Of a stretch of DNA of 64,000 nt, positions 36,903 to 49,550 are shown piece by piece. The stretch comes from Asterias rubens. Lineage: Eukaryota. Positions within the stretch are counted from its first letter, which is position 1. Each line of letters starts with the position of its first letter. Location: positions 1,984,001 through 2,048,000 of the forward strand of contig NC_047082.1 in NCBI RefSeq assembly GCF_902459465.1, written 5' to 3'. A program made the position numbers and the translations under genes. The notes under the pieces were generated by a model. It made no database searches. It had not been told where the DNA came from and was given only the letters and a program-made list of their open reading frames with translations.

Positions 36903-39900
36903 ATGTCGTTATGGGGATGGCATGTTCTGATCATACTCGCAGCTTGTGGCCAGTTCTTCATTGCATGTTCACCGTATAGTTATAATGTCTTCTTTACCGA
37001 GCTACAATTGGAGTTTGAACAAACTGCTCTCATTATCAGTAAGTATGCAGCGTAATTGAATCTATATTGAGAAGTGTCAGTGTCGAGAAAACCATTCAAA
37101 TAGTTTGAATAGTTTATTTAATTTATATAAACACTAACGATTTCACTTGAGGCCAGTCGCATTTCTAGCTGGAATTTGTCAACACACTGTGGTCCGGCAT
37201 TGGAGTTTAAGAATTCAATTCTTATTATTAAAACTTCGAAAAAGCCTTCCAGTGCTAGAAACAATTCAGTCTCAGATAGTGCTGGTTTTATTTAAACGCG
37301 CTGAAATGGAAGGGTATGTGGTAGGGGGGGGGGGGGGGGGGGGGTTACAATCACTCGTACCAACCGCGTCCTAATTTTGCACAAATGCAAATCTTTTACA
37401 ATTGATGAGTTTTATAGAAAAGTGACCAATTGTATTATTTCAAGAGTTGTTGTTATTAATAATTTAAAAAGAAGATTTAAGTTTATAAAAACAATGTCTT
37501 CGTTTGACGTTTTCCCCCGTATTTGGTATTTATTGTTACACGCAAAACAGATGTGTTGCGTTTTTAAACTAATTATATTTCTTCCAGGTTGGGTAGGCGC
37601 CTTGGGCTCAGGTCTAGTGTGTTTAGCAAGTCCACTGACTGCAATAATCGGAAGTAAGATCGGCAGTTATCGATTGCTGCTTCTTGGTATCGTGCTCCAC
37701 TCAGCAGGGTACTTGGCTCTTTCATTCTCACCCACCATAGCGTATTGCTTTGTGACGTTCAGTATTACTGGAATTGGTTCCTGCTGTCTGTTTTCTGCGA
37801 GTGGAAACTTCATGCTGGAATGGTTCTCGGGACGGAAGAACGTCTGTGCAGTAACTTCAGCCGGCACTACTGGATCTTCTATAGGTAACCCCCCCCCCCT
37901 AGAAAAAAAAGAAAGAAAAATACAAGNNNNNNNNNNNNNNNNNNNNNNNNNNNNNNNNNNNNNNNNNNNNNNNNNNNNNNNNNNNNNNNNNNNNNNNNNN
38001 NNNNNNNNNNNNNNNNNNNNNNNNNNNNNNNNNNNNNNNNNNNNNNNNNNNNNNNNNNNNNNNNNNNNNNNNNNNNNNNNNNNNNNNNNNNNNNNNNNNN
38101 NNNNNNNNNNNNNNNNNNNNNNNNNNNNNNNNNNAAAAATGTAAAAGAAAATTGTGAACGAAGAATGTAGTTCAGCCTTTGTGCTGCGAGGACATTACTT
38201 TTATCTATCTATCTATCAAACTCACATTGAAACGTGTACGCTTGGTACGGTGATCGCATACAAAATAAAGGCCGGTTTATAGTCGGTCGTGGGATGGTCG
38301 CGCGACGGAACTCTTGCGCGCAATCCTGAGACTGAGGCCTAAAAACCGTGTCTTTATGATCGCGCGACCAGCTTTCCGACGCCCGACCATTGCGCGACCG
38401 ACTACAACTCGGCCTTAAGGGGTTTTGGTACGGTCTGCTGCCCTCTCATGTAACTCACAACTATAGATAAGCTACTCTAAGAATGGGTCCCTGTCTCGAG
38501 CCTCGAAGTGTGACGTCAGATGTTCAGGCTTTAGGCCTAAGTTAAAACATATTGACAGTTATACTTTGATTATATCCTTTCAGGTGTAATGATCCAAGGA
38601 CCTGTTCTCACTATACTAAGTGCTGCACATGGCTGGAGAAATTGTTGCAGAATCTTAAGTGGTTTTGGCTTAGTTTTCAGTTTCTTTGTCGGATTGCCGT
38701 TTTTATCCTCCCCGAAGCATAAACAACTCAAACTATCTACGGATAAGAAAACTCCATCTGATGATCAAGAAAGAAGCTCCAAAGAAGAAAAGGTTGCGAT
38801 GGCAGACAGAGACATCGAAGAGGATGGAGATTGTAAGACATTCAAAGATAATGAAAATGACGTTGCGGAATTTAAGGAGATAGGAACTAGTACTGCGAAC
38901 AACGGGAACGTGTTGCTGAATGTGGAAGTCTGGCTGTGGGTCACATCCATCACACTCTCCCAATTTGGGTGGAGCTTTATGATTATAAACTATGTACGTA
39001 TAAGACATTCAACAACATAATGGCCTCAAGCTTTGATAAGATGTTTCGCTTACATTCTTCTTAATTTTATAATACCACTGGTACCTGGTACGACTTCACG
39101 CTGCCATCAAACCAGTTCAAAAACTTAGTATCTCAATTTGTTGTCAAATCAATACATTTGAAAATGTATTTATTGTAGGCTTTTTAGGTGAACATGAATT
39201 TTTTTTTAAAACACTCACCCTGTCCCCAAAACAAAAATGAAATCTGGAAAGTATACGTCTTTGGTCACGTGTATTGAGATATATTGGAACACCGTTCATG
39301 GCCTGTGGAACGTTCTAAATATACGAGAAAGTGTTACACTTACACGTTTGGCATTTTGATTAACAAACCAAAGTCCATACTCTACTGAACCCCTAAAAGT
39401 GTCCCTAACGTCCCAATTTATGAGACGCTATCTAAAGTAGACAGTTTCAAGTAATATCTCTTCACTGTTTTATTTACCACCAGTCAAGTTTCGTGGATAC
39501 CATGGGTCTTGATACTGATAAGAAATCAGTGGCTCTCCTTATCATGGGTGCAGCAGAAGTTGGTGGGAAGGTCCTCTATGCGGTGTTTGGAGATCACCTG
39601 CCATTTTTTAAATTGTACGCCATTGCGCTATCTTCAGCCATTGCTGCCATTGTTTCTGTATTCTTAACGATATCTTCTTCGTTTGGACATTTGCTTGCCT
39701 TGTCACTGGGTAAGTGTGTATGTAATATAAATTACTTGAACGATTGGTGGCAGCAGATTAACCAGGTAAAATCCAATAGTGTTCTGTGTGAAGTGCGCAT
39801 GCTCAGAGCTACATAAACGATGTATATTTACCTGCTAAGTCTGTTGCCACCTAGTGTTCCAAATTCTCCCATTCAATATTTATAATATTGTTCCGATATT

Positions 39901-40604
39901 TTTCACTGAACAGACTAAAAGGCAAAAATGGTATGTAAAAAAAAATATATAACAATATAAACATAAAAAGCAAATAAATAAAAGCAATGTACTTCCCTTT
40001 AATATTGCACTCCTATATTTTTGTCTGTACCAGTTTGGGGAATGTTACGTGGAGTAAACTATGGATCCTGCTTTTCAGCAGCTGATGAGCTATTTCACTC
40101 TCTCGGGAGCCATTCAGTAACGTCTGTTGTACTCTTTGGGTATGGCTTGGGTGTTATTTTAGGTGCTTCGGTTACAGGTAAGGGTTTTTCATTATGATGG
40201 ACAAATTAATATTACAAATAATAATAATAATACAGTTCGTACATAACGCATGATAACAAAAGTCTGAATAATTTGTATAGCCTAACCGAATGTCTTTATG
40301 AAATGTGTCGGGCGGCCATTCAGGAAAAAAAGAATTCTCATGTTTTTTCAAAAAGGAAGGACGTCTTATACTAAATCTTTATTGGTTCGTCTCGACAGGT
40401 GCTCTTTACGATCTTACGGGTAATTATTCTCTCAGTTTGGTAGTCTTGGTCGCCATTTTCTTCATGTCAGCTTTGAGTATGGTGACCATACCAGTGAAGA
40501 GAAGACTGCAGATCAAATGCTTCACTGCCGTCAAACCAAATGAATATAGGTACCAGACTGCTAATTTCGGCGAGCAAACTGAAGTCAAAGCAGTTACCGT
40601 GTAG
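36903..40604 (+). CDS. SLC16/monocarboxylate-transporter-like MFS protein, 472 aa, 6 coding exons
   Basis: Exons 36903-37038 (gccaccATG; SLWGWHVL, the MCT GxGW-like motif), 37588-37884, 38584-38993, 39484-39709, 40034-40177, 40399-40604 (GALYDLTGNY). Splice sites are canonical and phase-consistent. A charged loop separates two blocks of transmembrane segments. Confidence 0.88.
37927..38134. other. Assembly gap (208 N) in SLC16 intron 2
   Basis: Run of N. Confidence 0.99.
38269..38415. mobile_element. PIF/Harbinger-like MITE, 147 bp, in SLC16 intron 2
   Basis: Imperfect TIR aggccggtttatagtcggtcg / cgaccgactacaactcggcct, with TAA on both flanks. Confidence 0.75.
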
Positions 40605-41563
40605 GGGCCACGTTTTGCGTATTCGTTCATCTGGATACTGTACACGGATTTACGCACGTTCTCTGAAGATTTACGTATGATTTTTCGCTAACGAGAGGAA
40701 AGAAAGGCAAAACGTTTCCACAGACCATGTTCAGAAAACGTTAAAGGACAGACGCAACAGTCTAAATTGAAAGACAAAAAAAAGTGTAAAAACTCGAAAC
40801 AGTATTTTTGTACCCGAAGAAATGACACGATTGATTCCGAAGTTCAGAGATTTAATGAAAAATAAACACTGAATTTATAAATCTCTAAACGTTTATTAAA
40901 AGGAAATTGACAGCAGTTTGTATATACAAAGACCTAAAGGTAAGGGCTTTCATTTTGACACCACCAGGGCTTTCATTAAACATTATACAGGGATCCGATA
41001 ACCGTTGCCTTTTATTTTGACATAGTTGTCAAGACAAATTAACCGCCTACGCATTCCTCAAACAAGCCTGCGTAGAAAGATACGCATACATGTTTTATGC
41101 TCAAACTAAATTCTGAGATTTTCTTGCAATTAGTAAGTTGTCTTTAAGTATATAAATACTATAAGGTGTTATCAGGGTTGTAAATTTTATTATTTATATA
41201 AAGCAATTCAACCCTTATAATAGTTTTAAATATTTGAATTTATTATTATGACTTTACAATTAATAATTTTATTTTATATTTTGTATCTATGAAAAACTCG
41301 GTTATCTAAACTGCTCACAAAAAGTAAGGAAACTTTTTTCAATCCAGTATATTTGTTATTATTTAATACTCTCTTTGTATATGGTATACATCAATGCAAA
41401 GCTGAAATATTCCTCTTTAAAATGATACCAAACTTGAAATGATTACATGTTGCTGGACTTGACCACGTTAATGAGAATGAGACAAAGTCACAAATCAAAT
41501 GTGCCAAAATTAGCAATGTTGTGTTACTGCGTGAACAATTAAATTGACACTGTAATTCAAACA

Positions 41564-41670
41564 AGCAAGACAACTTACTGATCTTAATCCACTTTATTGC
41601 GACAAGAAGTTTGGTATAGAGCAAGACAACTTACTGATCTTAATACACTTTATTGATACAAAAAGTTCAG
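41564..41670. repeat. 56-bp tandem duplication inside the Tc1 element
   Basis: agcaagacaacttactgatcttaat(c/a)cactttattg at 41564 and 41620. Confidence 0.85.
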
Positions 41671-42107
41671 TAACAAGTGAATGATCCGAAGGCGTTGATG
41701 ACAGCCTGGCACCTTCTTCTCATGCTGCACACAAGTCTTGTGATGCGCTGATGATGATGGGGGATGACGTTCCATTCTTTATTAAGGAACCTGGTTAGGT
41801 CAGCCACAGTTGATGTGTTGGTGGTTCTGGCGCGGACAGCGAGGCCAAGCTGGTCCCACAGATGTTCCATGGTATTCAGGTTTGGACTGTTAGCAGGCCA
41901 ATCCATCCGGTGCATCCCAACAATTTTCAGGTAGTCGGTCACCAGTCGGGCTCGATGGGGGCGAGCGTTGTCATCTTGAAAGATGGTATTTGGTCCAAGA
42001 GTCTGCAAGTATGGGACTGCATTCGGCTGTAGAATATCGTCTTGCAAATACCCATCAAAAAATGTGTTTTTCATGAGATGAGGGTTAATTGTGTCTGATG
42101 AGCTCAC
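41667..42107 (-). pseudogene. Truncated Tc1 transposase (C-terminal half of the DDE domain only)
   Basis: The ORF lacks the HTH DNA-binding domain and the first catalytic Asp, and SPDLNPIE has degenerated to SPNLNTME. Confidence 0.88.
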
Positions 42108-43443
42108 TGGTGCAAATCTTTGTGTAAACCATTAATGGTTCTGAAAAGCTTGATCGGTTTGATTATTGAGTATTACCTATTGACCATTCACAGACAACGG
42201 TAATTTTGGCACATTTGATTTGTGACTTTGCCTCATTGTTATTCGTGTAACCAAGTCCAGCAACATTTAATCATTGCAAATGTGGTATTATTTTAAAGAG
42301 GAACAGTTCAGCTTTGCATTGATATATACCATGTACAAAGAGGATATTAAATAACAACAAATATACTGGATTGAAAAAAAGTTTCCTTACTTTTTGTAAG
42401 CAGTTTATATTGAGCTAATTGGCTCTACCATTTTTGTAGATTGTAGATGGACAGTGTGAGATGATTATAAAAATGAAGAAGCGTTGACTTATATAAAGAA
42501 GCATTACAAACTTTAATTGTTAAAAAACATAATATGATCATAGTCCAATGAATTTATTTCTTCCCTTTGTAAATTGTTTACTAATTGTCATATTTTCTCA
42601 AATTTTATGTAGCAATATTATCACTGGCTTAAGTGAAACTTTCTAGTCTTCAAACTATTTAAATTCTTGTGTTTTCTTATTATATAAAAAAAAATTATAT
42701 TAAGCACCGTTTATTAAGTGAATCAATGGTTATTTAAGTGAATTAAGTGGATTATTATACATGGTTTCATAAAGACGAATCGGTGGAAATTTGAATTCAT
42801 GCTACATATCTGTATATTCTTACACAATAGAAATAACACAAGATGGTACAATCTTAACTACCGGTGTTTTACAAGTAGGCTCAAACAAACCAGAGCAGTT
42901 ACAAAGAAAAAACCCATTATGAAGTTATTAATGAAACCTGCATGAAAAGTCTTTTAGAGTGTTTCACTAAAACAAAACATGCACCAAGTTTGTTTGTCTT
43001 GCCAATTGGTAGAAGTAATTACATACAATTTATAAATATGTTTTAATCCGCGTATATCATACAAGCATTACGATTCGCTTTGTACACTAATTCAGTAGTA
43101 ATCCGAAATGTCTAATATAAACAACATAATCTCTCAAGCCAAACCTTTAACCAGTATGTTGTGTTTGATTTGTTCAGATGAATTCTGTTCATAATATTCA
43201 TATAATAGTTCAACTTAGACACTTGTCTCTCTTCATAAAACGTTCCTCTCGTCTAACTTTACTAGACCTTGGGACAATCCATAAATTGAGCAGAAATGTA
43301 AAAAGCTGTGAGACATCTAATTTAAAACTATTTTTTGAATATTTAGCATTTTGGACTGTATGCTAATTGCTAAGGGAGTTAGTGTCTTGCCTTCTACACT
43401 CGTCATCTATGGTTCATATAACAAAACATTATACCGCATACCT

Positions 43444-43690
43444 GGGCCCAATTTCATAGAGCTGCTAAACACAAAAAAATTGCTTAACATGCAGTTTCTT
43501 CCTTGATAAAAACAGGATTACCAACCAAATTTCCACCTTATTTTCAGGATAAGCAAACAACAGCTATATACCAGTTACAAGAAATATATATGCACCATAT
43601 GGAAATTTGGTTGGTAATCTTGTTTTTATCAAGGAAGAAATTTCATGCTAAGCAAATTTTTGTGCTAAGCAGGTCTATGAAATTTGGCCC
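43444..43690. mobile_element. MITE, 247 bp
   Basis: TIR gggcccaatttcatagagctgct / agcaggtctatgaaatttggccc (2 mismatches). Related partial or degenerate copies lie at ~2626-2803 and ~56232-56320. Confidence 0.8.
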
Positions 43691-43845
43691 TGATCATCCG
43701 TATGTTAGCTAAAACATTCCCACGTAACGACACAAGACGAATTCTGAAGAGAAAAACATCGCCCCTTAATTAAGTTTTTGACAGCGTCAACGACCGTTTT
43801 AGCCAGTCAACAAATACTGGGTGATGTGTAGTGCTAATGGTCAGT

Positions 43846-46800
43846 TTACTTGGTGTTGTTAGGGAGAGCTAATCCACTTTCGGGTCTCTCAGCCAGACAA
43901 TGTAGCACGCCCACACCGACCATAGCGCACCAGGTGAGGAAAGAGACCCATCCAGCTCGCTGCAAAAACACATAGGTAAATAGATTAACAAAGATGAAGA
44001 ACATTTCAGTTTGTCGAAGTTATTCAGATTTTTTTTATACTTTATTTCCTTCGTTTGTTGTGTATCATCACAAACCACTGTTATCTTGATGAAATGGCGG
44101 TAGATATATAAATCATATCAAGTCACAAAGTATAGTGACTTTAAAAAAAGGTATGTCGTTTAGGAGTATTTAAAAGTGTTTCTGTCAACAAACTATCCCA
44201 CCGGATGCCCCCCATAGATAATATAAATTAATAGGGCACATGTCATTGAAACTAGATGAAACTGATAAAGATCTTACCTCTGCTTTTGAATAATCTTCAT
44301 AGAATCCAGAGCCGTCATAAATGTGCCAATCCACCTGTTGAAATAACTCACAGCTAAAAAAGAAAAACAAAAAAGTTAAGACTATGTTTATGCAATAATT
44401 GACGCATTGTTTAGTGTATGTTTAAGTTCATTTTTAATATAATATCTTTAGTTGGCCAAGCTTTTGATACTCCACCTTATTTCAGATAAAGTCCTCAAAC
44501 TCATGATCCTGATGTATAAAAAAATACACAAGCCCCCTTCTTGTCACAGACAAGCTTCAATTGAGATCTCAGCAAACACATTTTTCGTTCATCTACCTCT
44601 TGTTCCCTTTTGCAGAAAGATCATTCTCCGTATTAAGGCCCCAAAAGTGGAACAAGCTTCCCGTATAAATCAGAAATTTCAGCTCAACTTCCTAGTGTAA
44701 GACACTCCAGCTTACCTGTTCCAGCAGGATAACTAACTATTCATTATATGCCTCAGCGCCGGTGTGCAAACTTTTGTTTTTGGTGCTCTTTAAATAAGAC
44801 CATTTATGAAACTCAAATGTATTCATAAGTTCGTTCAAACTCACTCATAATTTGCGGTCCTAACTTGCAGTGACCTAAATCCTTCACAGACGTTGTTAAG
44901 ACCATGTGACAAGATAGCTGCCTCTGCCAAGATGAGTACAGACATGATGCTATACACTGGAACAAGAATTATCCTTATTATTTTTCTGCGGATGAATACA
45001 TACACAATGGTAAGTCGTAAAGTTTTACAAACGATATATACACAAATTTATATGTTCACAAGTCGGAAAATTGTACGGTGTTATGCTAAGGTCGTTATTC
45101 ACGATTATGGATCCATGTTGCTTTGGCAAATTAAACACCGCAATCAAATGCCACCCCCCCCCCCATGTTTTTTGTTTTTTTTTATATTAAAAATTGGCGT
45201 GGGAGTAATTCGTCCTGTGTGACCCTTCCAAGCCACCATATCTTCGAGTTCGTTTAATCCAAATTCGTTTACATTTGTCGTCGTCGTGGTTGTCATCTTA
45301 AATAAAATGCACACTCAAACAGCTGTCGTCGTCCTTGTCATTGTCGAGTGACATTAAGGTTCTTACAAATCAAGTCGTGCACAGCACAGTACGAATATTC
45401 TGTACATTGCATTGATGAACCCAATACATGCAGCTAATCCCTGCACCCCTACTATAAAGATGCATCTTGGTGGATCGTTTGCATTCAACTCAAAGTTGGT
45501 ATGTGATGTCCAGATGACATTCCCGCCTAGCACACAGTCACCAGCAAATGCTTCCTATTCAATGAACGAAAAGAAGATAAAAACCATAGAAATTAGACCA
45601 TTTTTATGGACGTGCATACGTCATTTTGTTACGCGTGTATGGCAAAGTATTTTGATGATGTCATTGTATGGCAAACATTTTGCCATACAATGACATCATC
45701 ATCGACCAATGAATACTCTATAGAAACGGTCTATGTGCGCTGACATCTTGCCATAAACCTTATCGCAAATGCCAATGCACAAGCGCAGACTGTTGAATGA
45801 GGTGCATTGTGGGATATATATGGATCAAATTTGATACCAGCTAGACCACAATGCACCTAATTTCAAGCTTTACGCGCGCGCCCCGGTTTTTGCGAAAAGG
45901 TTTTTTTTGCCATACGCGCGTCTCACGCGAGGATCATTTTGCCATACATGCGCATCGCGCGTATAATTCGCTGCGTCCACAGACGACGACACAGAGGGTG
46001 ATCGCGAGCTCAGCGTTCTCCGGGTTCTATTTCTATTGATAAAATCCATAATAAAACCATGGATTCGCAATCCGACACAGGAGTCGCAATCCGGTGAAAA
46101 TAGTTCGCAATCCCTTTTAACGTAACGGTTTCGCAATCACTCGGGGCCAATTTCACAAAGAGCTAAGATTTATCTTAGCTACAAATCAATCATAGTTACG
46201 AAGTATTAAGAATCGTGTCAAAATACAAATCACTATGGTAATACTGTCAGTATGTCTTGCGATGATTTTTTTTGCTTTGTGAAATCGACCCAGACTTAAA
46301 CACATTCTCAACCCAATATGTCTACATCAATCTGTTTCTTAAGGTAATACCAAAACAAGTGCAATCTTACTCTAAAGTGCTGGTAAATATCGTTTGCATT
46401 TCCAGTATTTCAAGAAATTGTTTCCAAAGTATCCCATTTCCGTTAAATATTTTTAAAACACCCATACAACATTGAACTTGAATATACCAAACGCGTAATG
46501 TCTAATCATATAAAAGTGTTTTGCCTTTTGTGCTGAAATATCTAGTTATTAATATAATTGATAAGAATTTTTTCCTATATGGTAATCAAATGATTGACTT
46601 ATCTGGAGTGATTTGCACTGTTAGCCAGCAGCTCGGAGAAAAGATAAGGAATAATCGATGTGGTGTTTAAAACGTTCAATAACTCTATAATAAGGCCTGC
46701 AAGGGACACCATCTGTCAAGAAACTAAATTTCTTAACTCATCCCTAAATGTGACTCATTTGGTAAGACATTCAGCACTGACTGGGTCACAGTGAACACAA

Positions 46801-47771
46801 ACTCACAAGGTCAAAACAATAACATGTTCTTAAGACTATAACTTTTCTTGTAACTGTAACATATTAATTGGTCTAAGCAGGTTTTAATAGTCGGCTTTTT
46901 GTATTACTGTTTATAGAGAAATTTATGAAATAGAAATTTAACTGAAGTGTACACAGATCTATTTTAGCCGTGGATGATTGATCCTCATCCGTTGGTTTTC
47001 AAAATAGCATTCGATATTAAAAGGTCATACAGTTCTATAGTATAGGCCTACTAGCATTATGAACTTTAAGTTCATAATGCGCATACCGCCCAAACAACAT
47101 TTTTAAGTTACCATGATTTGGTGTTCTTTTTTGGTCATACAATAATATTGGAAACATAGTCCAATTTGAACACGGTTTTCTTATGGACAATTTATTTCTA
47201 AAAACAAATTGTACCAAATTTAAGCAAATAGGCTTAACTTGCATACAATTAGTACAAATAAAGTATTAGGCCTGCTAAAACTAAACTGTTGATATTTCCG
47301 CGTTAAGATTTCATATGTGTGTGTCGTTCAAACGCCGGATCCGTTTACAATTGTTCTGAAGACTACACACAAAATTTATTGGGAAAGAGTGTGCACGAAT
47401 TTAGGTTAAATTTAGAGTTGTTGTTGTTGTTGTTGTTGTTGCTGGAGTTGTTGTTGTTGTTGTTGTTTGTATAATTTTTAATTATAAGCGACCAAGTGTC
47501 TATTAGCACTGCGTATTAATTTAATAAACAGTGATGAATCGTGTCCATAGCACAATCGTCGAACAAAAGTCACCCTTACCAATAAAAAACATTCAAAGAA
47601 TTAGAAACAAACAAAAATAATTATGAATAAAACAGTGTGAAAACATGAATGAGATTCCAAACAACTTACCGTTTGTCTACCCACAAGTGAAGACACTACG
47701 AGCCCCGAAGCCACTGCGGTTACACACAATCCTATCTCCACTAAAGACAATGTATAATATAACGCCGGCAT
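43846..47771 (-). CDS. TMEM179: TMEM179-family four-pass membrane protein, 206 aa, 5 coding exons (possible N-terminal extension, see findings)
   Basis: Minus-strand exons 47771-47670 (MPALYY...GRQT), 45554-45367 (EAFAGDCVL...PPRCIF), 44985-44845 (ILSHGLNNVCEGF), 44353-44278 (CELFQQVDWHIYDGSGFYEDYSKAE), 43959-43846 (RAGWVSFLTW...). Splice sites are canonical, and the Cys/DW/FY/W pattern matches TMEM179 from recall. Confidence 0.8.
47417..47468. repeat. (GTT)n microsatellite in TMEM179 intron
   Basis: Interrupted gttgttgtt run. Confidence 0.9.
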
Positions 47772-48929
47772 CTTGGAAAAAGTTCTCTGGGTTTTCTCTT
47801 CAAGTACTCTTAATCTTACGGCTACAAGAGTGTCTAACTTCAACCAAGGTTTTAAGTTTTTAGTCGTAGTCTGATAGTTAAGTCTTTGATGGGCGGGATT
47901 AGAATAGTTGTATATGAATTGTATGAGATCCTCTGAGTAATCCAACCGGTTCGCCTCTAGAGGAACACCAACTAAGCCTTTTCTTTGGAACAGTGTACAC
48001 TGAAGGAGTCGATACCCCACTAGTTTGATGTTATATTGCAGTATCGACTCGCGCTACTGTGCACTGGTTCGCCTGACCGTACAATTTGCATTGACGTTAT
48101 CGGTTATTCGGAATCGTTCAATGTAATCACAAGTATTCCGACTAGCGGAATAATGATCATGTTCCCTTCAATTGAAATAACTGACTCACATCCCGGCCGT
48201 GGTTGCCTGTGCGCCCCTTACCAATCCAGGGACAAACTTGCTCAATTTCCTGAGAAGGGGTCTTATCAACATGACCCGAAAGCACTAAGGGATCAGCTTG
48301 AATTATTTTGTCGGTGTAAATTGGTCTTAAATGCCAATATCCTGATTGGTTTACATTGGTCTGTTGTGGCGGAAGACTATCAAGATGGATTGGTTTTGAA
48401 GGAGGGGCATACGTTTGGCAATCTCTTACTTGGCAATAAAAACGTTTGGTTGGAACTTTTCCAGCAAAAAGTTCTTAAAAGAAGCAAACAGCAACTTTTG
48501 AAAGTATACAGCATGCTGAGAAACTTGTATTGCTCGAGGATATTTCCCATAGAAACTCAACAATACTTGACCACGACCACGCAAACGAATCTTGTTATAC
48601 TTGCAAGCTTTTCGTGCTGTGTTTGTCCAAATAAATGAATATGAAATTAAATCAAACTTCTGTATAAGAAGTAAACCAACTTAAATGTACTTATGCATGG
48701 TAAGATTCATTAGTCCAAAACGTCCCACTTCCATCAATGTAACTTTATTGTTTTAATTGAACACTTATTACGGTCTCAGACCCCAATTTATCCCCGTTTT
48801 CCTTGACCACACCCATTTTCTGTCCATTATGTAATGGTCACAAACACCTGTCACGGTGTGGTGCACCTGATACAACATGCCCCCTCTCATACCGTAAAGG
48901 ACCAACCGTACCGAATCAGCCATTCTCGA

Positions 48930-49090
48930 TCATCCCTAAAGCCAAGAATGTATCTACACAGTGACGCACACGCGCAGAAACAACGCAAACGCTCGGGGTT
49001 TGTTTTGCGCGCAAGACACATTTTTAGCTAAATAACAATCGAAGGTTCATTTTGTTTTCGAGAAAGTTGGATCACGTGTTGTTGATACGT
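48930..49090. promoter_or_regulatory. Putative bidirectional promoter of TMEM179 (-) and RD3-like (+)
   Basis: Short CpG-rich segment with gcgcgca/cgcgcag (NRF1-like) motifs between divergent genes. Confidence 0.45.
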
Positions 49091-49550
49091 GTAAGAAAAG
49101 CTAAACTATAGGAGAATAATATGGAAAATAAAATAATGCAGCCAGGGACATACTGAACTGCCGTGTCACCATCGGGGAGGAGAATAAAAAAAGGTAAACA
49201 CTGATGTAGGGCCTAAGGGCATAAGCTTAATGTTTGAAGTAGGGCTATAGTAATGTTTTACTGGCCATTCCTTACTTGTGTGGTGGTTCTAGTTTGGTTT
49301 ATCATTTGGTTTATCATTCAAGCACACACTGATGTTTGCGTCACATTATATCCTCTCTTCATTAAGAAGTGCAGACTTATACTTTGGCATTAAATGACAC
49401 TTTTGGGCCATTGAACAGGACCTATTATAAGGATTGAAGGTTTCCCAAACATTATGACAGAGTACTTTGTGTCTTCTTGATTTTGTAGAAAGTGAGTAAC
49501 TGGAAGTCATTGATTTCATCACCTCATCATCCCAAGGTATTGGAACGGCC

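Larger units (their letters stand above)
41309..42405 (-). mobile_element. Internally deleted Tc1/mariner (DD34E) transposon with ~205-bp TIRs and TA TSD
   Basis: TIRs at 41309-41512 and 42201-42405 (ends aactgctcacaaaaagtaaggaaac / gtttccttactttttgtaagcagtt), with TA on both flanks. The transposase C-terminal remnant 41667-~42050 has QDDNARPHRA...WPANSPNLNTMEHLW and 34 residues between D and E. Confidence 0.93.

Noticed and set aside
37377-38144. 255-aa ORF in the track
   Set aside because: It is intron read-through around SLC16 exon 2 that runs into the N gap. Only 37588-37884 is coding.
44711-44740. Minus-strand donor CAG|GTAAG as an extra TMEM179 micro-exon
   Set aside because: It has no adequate acceptor, and the gene splices in phase without it (44845 to 44353).
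48036-48638. 200-aa + strand ORF
   Set aside because: It has a TTG start, no recognisable domain, and lies antisense to candidate TMEM179 upstream exons, so it is not supportable as a CDS.
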